A DNA stretch of 64,000 nt from Mageeibacillus sp. UBA1046. GTDB taxonomy: Bacteria; Bacillota; Clostridia; Saccharofermentanales; DTU023. The notes beneath the pieces are model-generated. The model ran no database searches, was not told the DNA's origin, and worked only from the letters and a program-made list of their open reading frames with translations. The stretch is taken from assembly GCA_002316595.1 (NCBI GenBank), contig DCDV01000030.1, forward strand, positions 7,955 through 71,954, in the 5' to 3' direction. This document shows, piece by piece, positions 1 to 7,419 of the stretch. Position 1 is the first letter of the stretch. Each line of letters opens with the position of its first letter. Position numbers and translations under genes: made by a program.

Positions 1-2
1 CC

Positions 3-1070
3 TCATACATTCCCTCCAATTTCTTCCTTGTTTGGGGACTCGGCAGTTTCATCATCTTGCTTTCTCTTGACAGATACCAGTTCCACCTCAGGAGCATATT
101 CATGTAATAGCCAGCAATGGCTGTAATGCTCCTCCGAAACACGAGTATGTTCCGGGAACAGCTCTCCGCAAATCTCCATGGCAAATTCACAGCGTGGTGT
201 GAAAGGACAACCTATGGGAGGAGAAAAAAGATCCGGAGGAGTGCCATCGATAGGGATCAATTCCTCATCCTTGCTGGTGTCCAAAGTGGCTATTGACTGA
301 ATAAGGCCTGATGTATAGGGGTGCGCTGTTTCGTAAAAAATATTCTCCGCTGTGCCCTCCTCGACAATTTTTCCGCCATACATGACAAGAACTCTATCAC
401 ACATTTTGGCAATAACACCCAAATCGTGTGTTATGAGAATAATCGAGGTTTGGTACTTTTCCTGTAAATCCTTAAGTATCTCCAGAATCTGAGCCTCAAT
501 TGTCACGTCCAAAGAGGTTGTTGGTTCATCTGCGATAATAACTGTCGGCTGACCTACCAGCGCGATGGCGATCATTACTCTCTGCTTCATGCCGCCGGAT
601 AATTCGTGAGGATACTGACGGTATCGTCTTTCAGGCTCGTTAATCCCGACCAGCTTGAGGATCTCCATAGATTTCTGTTTGGCTTCAGCTCTCGTTACTC
701 CGGTTCTGCCAACAAATATTTCTTCTATCTGTTTTCCGACACGCATCGTTGGATTCAATGATGTCATCGGATCTTGAAAGATAAAGCCTATCTCTATACC
801 TCTAATTTTCCTCATCTCTTTGTTAGATAGTTTTATAATATCCTTACCTGCAAAATTTATTGAACCGCCCTGAAAAAACCCTGGAGGCTCAGGATTCAGG
901 CGCAAAATAGACTGTACGGTCACACTCTTTCCGCATCCGGATTCCCCGACTATGCCAAGAATCTCACCTTTCCGAACTTCAAAAGTGACATCACGAACTG
1001 CTTTAACAACTCCGCCGTAAGTTTTGAAAGAGTATTCAAGGTTATTTAATTCAAGTACAACTTCAGGCAT
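3..1070 (-). CDS. oppD: Oligopeptide/dipeptide ABC transporter ATP-binding protein (OppD-type)
   Basis: From ORF 3..1094. Walker A GESGCGKS, signature LSGGMKQR, Walker B IIADEPTT, and a C-terminal oligopeptide-ABC extension. Start moved to ATG 1070, which has GGAG 6 nt upstream. GTG 1094 lies only 3 nt after its SD. Confidence 0.85.
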   Translation of the reverse strand: MPEVVLELNNLEYSFKTYGGVVKAVRDVTFEVRKGEILGIVGESGCGKSVTVQSILRLNPEPPGFFQGGSINFAGKDIIKLSNKEMRKIRGIEIGFIFQDPMTSLNPTMRVGKQIEEIFVGRTGVTRAEAKQKSMEILKLVGINEPERRYRQYPHELSGGMKQRVMIAIALVGQPTVIIADEPTTSLDVTIEAQILEILKDLQEKYQTSIILITHDLGVIAKMCDRVLVMYGGKIVEEGTAENIFYETAHPYTSGLIQSIATLDTSKDEELIPIDGTPPDLFSPPIGCPFTPRCEFAMEICGELFPEHTRVSEEHYSHCWLLHEYAPEVELVSVKRKQDDETAESPNKEEIGGNV

Positions 1071-1103
1071 ATTTTTCTCCTCTGACAATTTCACAAGCTC
1101 CTA

Positions 1104-2039
1104 TCAATCCGTACCGCGTAAACGTGGATCAAATGCATCCCGGAGTCCATTACCTAATTGGTTGAATGCTAAAACTGTTGTGCCAATAAAGAAAGCCGGT
1201 ATATAAAGAAGGTGAGGAGCTACCTGCATCAAGGCTGTTCCTTCCTTAGCCAGCACCCCCCAGCTTGCATCCGGAGGGGATATTCCCAGTCCAATATAGC
1301 TGAGAAAGGCTTCGCGGAAAATTGCACTAGGAATAGCCATTGTCAGGTTTGTGATTAATAACCCCATAATATTGGGGATAATTTCCCGAACAATAATCAT
1401 GAATGTGGATTGGCCAAGAACTCTGGCAGCTAAAACAAATTCCTGCTCCTTCAGGCGATAAACCTCTCCTCTGGTAAAACGACACGCTCCTGCCCAGCCT
1501 GTAATAACCATGGCTATAATCAAACTCTGGATACCGGTCCCAAGTACTACCATGACCAGGATATTTATGATCAAAGATGGAATGCCGTATATGATATCAA
1601 TAATGCGCATGAGAATCATGTCGAGTTTGCCGCCGTAGTAACCGCTGAAACCACCAATTATTGTGCCAATTACAGAATTTATCAAGGCAGCAATAAAGCC
1701 GATAGAGAGAGATACGCGGGCACCTACCCAAACCCTGACCCAGAGATCTCTTCCCAGAGTGTCCGTGCCAAACCAGTGTTCAGCGGAAAAGGACTGTCTC
1801 ATCGCATAAGCATCTTGCTGATCAAAGGAATACTTGCTCAGCAGGGGAGCAAAAATCGCTAACAGTACATATACTATCAGGATTACTAAACCGGCAAATG
1901 CTGCTTTGTTGCTCCGGATACGCAGCCACGCTTCCTTCCAGAAAGTGATGCTGGGCCTGGATATTGATTCCATCTCCTTGAGATTCTTACCCACAACTCG
2001 GAAGCGATCAGGTGTGATTGTCTGATTATGAAAATCCAT
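1104..2039 (-). CDS. oppC: Oligopeptide ABC transporter permease (OppC-type)
   Basis: From ORF 1104..2087. Polytopic membrane protein of BPD_transp_1 type with an OppC N-terminal region. The first ATG lies inside oppB with no SD. ATG 2039 follows the oppB stop and has GGGAG upstream. Confidence 0.85.
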   Translation of the reverse strand: MDFHNQTITPDRFRVVGKNLKEMESISRPSITFWKEAWLRIRSNKAAFAGLVILIVYVLLAIFAPLLSKYSFDQQDAYAMRQSFSAEHWFGTDTLGRDLWVRVWVGARVSLSIGFIAALINSVIGTIIGGFSGYYGGKLDMILMRIIDIIYGIPSLIINILVMVVLGTGIQSLIIAMVITGWAGACRFTRGEVYRLKEQEFVLAARVLGQSTFMIIVREIIPNIMGLLITNLTMAIPSAIFREAFLSYIGLGISPPDASWGVLAKEGTALMQVAPHLLYIPAFFIGTTVLAFNQLGNGLRDAFDPRLRGTD

Positions 2040-2046
2040 ATACTCC

Positions 2047-2967
2047 CTACTTTCCGGCAATCCTGATTCTTGGATCGACAATGCCATAAAATATATCTAC
2101 TACCATATTGGCCAGAACTAGAAATGTACCATAGAAAACTGTAGTACCAAGAATCATCGAATAGTCATAATTCTGAACACTTTCAACATAATATTTACCC
2201 ATGCCGGGAATAGCAAAAATCGATTCAATAACGAATGTCCCGGTCAAAACTGCAGCTACCGTTGGCCCCAATACTGTCACAACCGGCAAAATTGCATTTC
2301 TGATCTGATGCTTCCAGGTTATACGAAAATTAGATAGTCCCTTGGAGCGGGCAGTCTTAATATAATCTTGCTGGACAACTTCCAACATGCTGGCTCGCAT
2401 AATTCTAGAAATAGATGCCATGGTATAAAAGCCCAATGCTATTGAGGGCAGGATTGTATGCGCAAAACCATAATATTGCGCTATTGGCAATAACCCCCAT
2501 TTTACGGCAAAGAAATACTGTAAAATTGCTCCCATGATAAAATCCGGCACGCTCGTACCTATTACCGCCACAATAACAAAGAACAAATCGATTTTATTTC
2601 CTCTGTTCAAAGCGGAAATAATGCCAAAGACAAGCCCAAGGGATAATGACAGCACTAAGGCGCGGATTCCTAAATCTAAGGAATATGGGAAGGAGCTTGC
2701 TAAGAGGTTGTTCACAGTCTGATTCGGATAGATCATGGAATAACCGAAGTTCCCACGCAGCAGATTGCCCAGATAAGTCGCGTATTGTTGAATAACTGGT
2801 TTATCCAAACCATAATAGGCATTAAGATTAGCGCGAACGGTCGGCGTCATCTTCGGGTCATTAAAAGGGTCTCCGGGCATCAGTCGGACAAGAATAAAAA
2901 CCACAGTTACCAACACTAAAACCGTTAGAATCGAGATGCCTATTCGCTTAGTAATATATTTAACCAT
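2047..2967 (-). CDS. oppB: Oligopeptide ABC transporter permease (OppB-type)
   Basis: 306 aa. N-terminus MVKYITKRIGISILTVLV and C-terminus DPRIR are typical of OppB/DppB permeases. SD AGAGGGA upstream. Confidence 0.85.
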   Translation of the reverse strand: MVKYITKRIGISILTVLVLVTVVFILVRLMPGDPFNDPKMTPTVRANLNAYYGLDKPVIQQYATYLGNLLRGNFGYSMIYPNQTVNNLLASSFPYSLDLGIRALVLSLSLGLVFGIISALNRGNKIDLFFVIVAVIGTSVPDFIMGAILQYFFAVKWGLLPIAQYYGFAHTILPSIALGFYTMASISRIMRASMLEVVQQDYIKTARSKGLSNFRITWKHQIRNAILPVVTVLGPTVAAVLTGTFVIESIFAIPGMGKYYVESVQNYDYSMILGTTVFYGTFLVLANMVVDIFYGIVDPRIRIAGK

Positions 2968-3054
2968 TGCTGTCCCTCTGACTATCTAAACGTAGAACAA
3001 TGCCCTGGCAAGCAGCTGCTTGCCAGGGTGTTAGGTTATAAACTTAAATGAATA

Positions 3055-4698
3055 TTATCTGGATATGTCAGCATAGAGGAAATTGAAGTTAATCCCGACA
3101 AAATAACCTTCGAGACCGGTAACACCCTCGGCGACCAGGTAGTGAACTTGTCTTAATTGCTGAGGTACTAAAGCTCCGTCTTCCAAAAGCACTTTCTCTG
3201 CATTGAAGAGATTATCCATGCGTTCTTTTCCGGAAGTCTTAGTAGATTCTTCCATGTAGTTGTCGAATTCCTCACTCTTATAGTTGAGGAAATTGTAGCC
3301 TGAGGTGCTGATGAAAAGCTCCAGATAGCTATAGGGGTCGGAATAGTCAGGCGCCCAGCCGCTCATGATAATGTCGAACTCATCACTGTTAGGAACTAAC
3401 ATGGCATTTTTAGTTTTGTAGGGAACCAGATTAATATTCACCTTGATCCCCAAATTACTCTTCCATTGGCTTTGCAGGACTTCAGCTTCTTTCTTGGCTG
3501 TTTCCGTATCGGTAACTACCATCTTGAGTTCAATTACCGATGGATCGGTGAGACCAAACTCTGCCATTGCCTTGTCCAAATGCTCTTTTGCCTTGTCGAG
3601 ATCACCGTTCAGAGGATAAGCCTCATAAGGATACTCGGTGCCGTACTCGCCTTCAACCCCGTGGACCTGAGGCAGGACATAACGAAGGTTTGGCATATAG
3701 AGGCCATTGTGACTTAAGAGAATATATTCTTCTCTGTTAAGGGCAAAATTCATGGCGAGACGGAAATCCTTATTTGCCAGATACTTATTGTTATGGTTCA
3801 GACCGGCAAAATCATTAGCCCCGTCATAATACTGCTTGCTCTCTCCTGCGTATTCAGTTGCGACATCCGTGGACAGCGACACCATTTCAAGCTCACCATT
3901 GTTAAACATCGAGAGTTGGGTATTAGATTCTTTAACAGTTAAAGCCTCAAACCCGTCAAGCTTTATCTTATCTGCATCATAGTAGTTTGGATTCTTTTTG
4001 GCAGCTAATTTTCCTTCACCGAATTGAGTTACGACGAAGGCGCCATTATATACTTGATTCTCAGGCTTGGCGCAGTAGTCTTTGCCGAATTTCTCTACAA
4101 TGTCCTGTCTTTGCGGTGCGAAAGGTGACATGCTCAGCATGCTGATGAAATATTCAGCAGGGCGATCTAGTACGATCTCTAGTGTCTTATCATCGATAGC
4201 CTTGACACCCAATTCGTCCAGGGGCAGCTCACCTGATGAAACCTTATCACCATTCTTTATTACAGCTCCCAGATAGCTCATTGGTGCGGCTGTGTTGGGG
4301 TCAAGAAAGCGCTTAATTCCATATTCGAAGTCTTGTGCTCTGACTGGCTCGCCATCACTCCACAGCAGACCGTCACGAAGTATGAAAGTATAGGTCACCA
4401 TGTCGTCAGCTACAGTATAACTCTCAGCAGAGGCGGGACGGATGTCTCCTACAACATCACGATACAGGCCATCATACAGGTTATAGCATATTGTCGCGTC
4501 CGGAATTGAATGCGTCAGGCTCGGGTCAAAAGAAGCAGGATCCGCTGCCAACGCATAACGAAAAATCTTGTCTCCGGTGGCAGGAGTCTCACCTTCAGTT
4601 TGTGCGGGTGTTGTCTCAGTTGGTTCCTGTGGCGTACTGCAGGCTGCTAAGCCTAGTATGAGAACAACCACCAGCAAAAACGAAATTATTTTTTTCAT
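3055..4698 (-). CDS. oppA: Peptide ABC transporter substrate-binding lipoprotein (family 5, OppA-type)
   Basis: 547 aa. Signal peptide with lipobox LAAC. Size and motifs fit SBP_bac_5. GGAGG SD. First gene of the oppABCD run. Confidence 0.85.
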   Translation of the reverse strand: MKKIISFLLVVVLILGLAACSTPQEPTETTPAQTEGETPATGDKIFRYALAADPASFDPSLTHSIPDATICYNLYDGLYRDVVGDIRPASAESYTVADDMVTYTFILRDGLLWSDGEPVRAQDFEYGIKRFLDPNTAAPMSYLGAVIKNGDKVSSGELPLDELGVKAIDDKTLEIVLDRPAEYFISMLSMSPFAPQRQDIVEKFGKDYCAKPENQVYNGAFVVTQFGEGKLAAKKNPNYYDADKIKLDGFEALTVKESNTQLSMFNNGELEMVSLSTDVATEYAGESKQYYDGANDFAGLNHNNKYLANKDFRLAMNFALNREEYILLSHNGLYMPNLRYVLPQVHGVEGEYGTEYPYEAYPLNGDLDKAKEHLDKAMAEFGLTDPSVIELKMVVTDTETAKKEAEVLQSQWKSNLGIKVNINLVPYKTKNAMLVPNSDEFDIIMSGWAPDYSDPYSYLELFISTSGYNFLNYKSEEFDNYMEESTKTSGKERMDNLFNAEKVLLEDGALVPQQLRQVHYLVAEGVTGLEGYFVGINFNFLYADISR

Positions 4699-5277
4699 AG
4701 TTTTCCTCCAACAATTCTGTAATTATTCATAACAATAATCTTAGTTGTTCATAGGGTATTTAAAGCATTGATCATACTTATTGTATGATTTGTAATTCCT
4801 AATTAAGCCTAGCTTTTCCCTCCCTTCATAATCAAGAAAAAAATTATCCTCTGTCTATAAACAACAATAAAAACATTGTTATACATTGTTCAATTCAGCT
4901 ATCTGAATCAGCTGACTGTATGGAATAAGATCTACGCTACCTATAACAGAGTAGCTTCTCACTGCCTCGAATCAGTTGCTTTAGCAGTGATGGGCACGAC
5001 ACCGGTTGAGAAATTTCGAACCGTCTGTCGCTAATTATTGCTTGTAAGACCGTTGCTGAATATCATAATACACAATTAGTTTCTAAATCTGAAATTATCC
5101 TCAGATGATTAAAAGATTCTAAGCACACGCATTATATAAACTTCTAACATAAACCTTAAGCAAAAGGTAAAATACTATACAATATTTGTCAAGAATATCT
5201 TACTTGCTTTCAATATATTGGCATATTTGCATATATTGATAACAATGATTGAATAATTTCATGTTTTGCCCAGAAAT

Positions 5278-5371
5278 CTGATTTAGTCCGATTTTGCCAT
5301 TCAGTTGAACCAGTGTACATATCACTCGCGCCTTTAATGGAAACTGATATAAGTCCGATTTTGCCATTCAG
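5278..5371. repeat. Pair of 27/28-nt direct repeats with a 20-nt exact core (AGTCCGATTTTGCCATTCAG)
   Basis: Copies at 5278..5304 and 5344..5371. The core is exact at 5285..5304 and 5352..5371, an offset of 67 nt. Confidence 0.85.
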
Positions 5372-5584
5372 ATCAAATGCCGGCAGGCTATTGATTTTAC
5401 TGCGAAGGCGCTCATCCGGAAATACAGAAGCCTGCTGCTGTGCCTGGAATATCAGGCTAAGATAGTCAATGGAAGGATCTAAATAAAGCAGCACCCCAAA
5501 TATTGAAGAGATAACCAACATTTGGAGTGCTGTTCAGAATCATGAATCTAATCGAAATATTAAATAAATAATATAACTTAAGTC

Positions 5585-5671
5585 TAGCGGTATCTAACCG
5601 CGGCCGCTGTTATTTTTTCCCAGCTTGCAGTCGTCCGACCCAGTTAGCGGTATCTATCCCGCGGACGCTGT
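5585..5671. repeat. Pair of self-complementary GC-rich repeats, TAGCGGTATCTA(A/T)CC(C)GCGG(C/A)CGCTGT
   Basis: Copies at 5585..5610 and 5645..5671. Each has AGCGG/CCGCT arms. The first is followed by a T6 run on the plus strand. Confidence 0.8.
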
Positions 5672-5787
5672 GCCAATCCTTAATCGCCTTCGTCTGATCA
5701 GAATGCTTCTTGAAAGCGACACGAATAATTAACGAGAGATTATCACATCTTATGGAATAGCTTTTGTTGCTCCGCGGGTGTCGCTTA

Positions 5788-6810
5788 TCAGCCGCCAGTG
5801 ATTCTAAAGCCCTCGGGCAGCGGATCTTCAGGATCCAATACTAACTGATTGAAGCCTGTAATATGAGCATTGCCCTTTACTTCCGGGACAACACCGTCAA
5901 GGTCAGCTATCTTGACCTTTTCTACGATTGTGGAGGTCATGACTGTGTCGATGATGCTCTTGTTAACTAAGGTCATGTCTTCCTTAATCTGTCCTTTAGA
6001 CAGCATCAAAGCAATACGGCCGGCAGTTCCTGTACCGGTAGGCGAGCGGTCAATCTGTCCTTCAGCGAAGATGCAGACATTCTTTGAGACTACCTTGTCA
6101 CCCTGGTAATCAAGCTTGTCCATGAAAATTGTGCCGTAGATACTGTTCAAACCGGGCTCTTCCGGATGCACTACATTATATTTCTCGATGACCTTATTCT
6201 TGATTTCCATGCCTTTGGCAACCAGATACTCCATATTCTCAGGGTCGACTGTGCTGTTGATCTTATCTACATCAACATAGACATAGAAAGCGCCGCCGAA
6301 GGCGATGTCGCAGATTATGTTGCCAATTCCGTCGACATCAACCTCAATATTTTCCATGTAGAGGAAAGAAGGAACATTATTGAAGGCTACTTCACCGACA
6401 AAGCCGTCTTTCACTGTGGCAAAAGCTGTGATTCTGCCAGCGGGAGAATCAATCTTAACAGTATTGACTCCCTCTTTTGCCGGAAGTATTCCTGTTTGCA
6501 GAACAACTTTCGTCACGGCGATGATTCCGTGACCGCACATGGTGCTCAGTCCCTCGTTATGGGTGAAAAGCACGCCAAAGTCTCCGTCAGGAGTTACCGG
6601 CTCTGTGATAATGCAGCCGTACATGCCGCTATGGCCTCTAGGCTCCAACATCATCATTTTGCGAATATCGTCGTGATTTTCTTTGACATACTTTCTTTTC
6701 TCGAGAATTGTCTCTCCGGGAATAGGGGGAAATCCGCTGGTAATTATTCTTAGCGGTTCTCCACCAGTGTGAGCGTCAATACACGTAATAAAGTTCTTGA
6801 ACTGTAGCAT
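5788..6810 (-). CDS. Proline racemase superfamily enzyme with a Cys/Thr catalytic pair (predicted trans-3-hydroxy-L-proline dehydratase type)
   Basis: 340 aa. N-terminal IDAHTGGEP. First catalytic motif STMCGHG. Second motif is DRSPTGTGTAG, with Thr where racemases and epimerases have Cys. Confidence 0.75.
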   Translation of the reverse strand: MLQFKNFITCIDAHTGGEPLRIITSGFPPIPGETILEKRKYVKENHDDIRKMMMLEPRGHSGMYGCIITEPVTPDGDFGVLFTHNEGLSTMCGHGIIAVTKVVLQTGILPAKEGVNTVKIDSPAGRITAFATVKDGFVGEVAFNNVPSFLYMENIEVDVDGIGNIICDIAFGGAFYVYVDVDKINSTVDPENMEYLVAKGMEIKNKVIEKYNVVHPEEPGLNSIYGTIFMDKLDYQGDKVVSKNVCIFAEGQIDRSPTGTGTAGRIALMLSKGQIKEDMTLVNKSIIDTVMTSTIVEKVKIADLDGVVPEVKGNAHITGFNQLVLDPEDPLPEGFRITGG

Positions 6811-7077
6811 CTATCTACCTCCAATAATTAATGATCTGAATAGCAGCGAATTGCAATTATGCTATCTATTCAATTTGCGACGCGGAACAAGGATTCCATT
6901 TCTGTTTTGGTATCCCAAACTAAAGAATAGCATTGCTTATGATGGCATGTCAACCGATTCTCCGGCCAATGAGTTATGCGCCTTCGACTCTTAATTTTTT
7001 CAAAATTTGTATAACCTTCAAAAGCAAATAATTCTCTCTTCTCAAATCATACACAAGAGTAATTACAGCCGCAAGAA

Positions 7078-7289
7078 GTGAGCATGGCGGGTCATAATGC
7101 AAGCTTAGAGATTCGAGAGAAGTGAGCTCAAAGGCTCAAGATAAAACTTGAAGATTCTGGGAATTTTCTCTAAGAGATCTTGCAAAAGTGAGCTTAGAGA
7201 TCCTGCAATTTGGAGTATATCGTGAGCTTAAAATCCTGCAATTTAGTGCATATTGTAAACTTAGAAGATGCTGTAATTTAGAGTATTTT
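7078..7289. repeat. Degenerate tandem array, about 33-34 bp period (GTGAGCTTAGAGATCCTGCAATTTGGAGTATAT-like)
   Basis: Three clear units at 7188..7221, 7222..7254 and 7255..7289, preceded by more diverged GTGAGC-initiated copies from 7078. Confidence 0.75.
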
Positions 7290-7419
7290 ATTTTTAATTT
7301 ACTAATAGAATAGTTTTGGACTCTTGCTGATATAATATAGTTATCTTGACCAAAGTGGAATTAGCTGGACAACTACTGTTAGAATATAAACTTACGAAAA
7401 TGAAAGATATAAAGGTTTA

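Noticed and set aside
5210-5521. 103-aa minus-strand ORF in the opp / racemase-family intergenic gap
   Set aside because: No SD before the ATG and no recognisable motifs. It contains two copies of a 20-nt exact repeat read in different frames. I treated it as non-coding (see the finding on 4699..5787).
5768-5781. 14-nt identity (TGCTCCGCGGGTGT) with the 5' flank and start of tRNA-Gly at 45428..45441, considered as a possible att-site pair of an integrated element
   Set aside because: The match covers the tRNA 5' end rather than the 3' end usually used by integrases. No integrase or other mobile genes lie between the copies, and the interval is ordinary core genes. Most likely this is coincidence or a shared GC-rich CCGCGG motif.
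6166-6753. Long ORFs antisense to well-supported genes (6166..6753 +, 7417..7992 -, 10236..10976 -, 28901..29758 -, 36052..36585 -, 53835..54383 -, 54501..54962 -, 61693..62082 - and similar)
   Set aside because: Each lies entirely within, and opposite to, a gene with clear family motifs. They have no SDs and their composition is low-complexity or odd. These are typical shadow ORFs.
7078-7289. Possible CRISPR arrays (also 20836..20933 and 33924..34103)
   Set aside because: The repeats are directly adjacent or separated by degenerate copies of themselves, not by unique spacers of uniform length. The units are degenerate and no cas genes are in the window.
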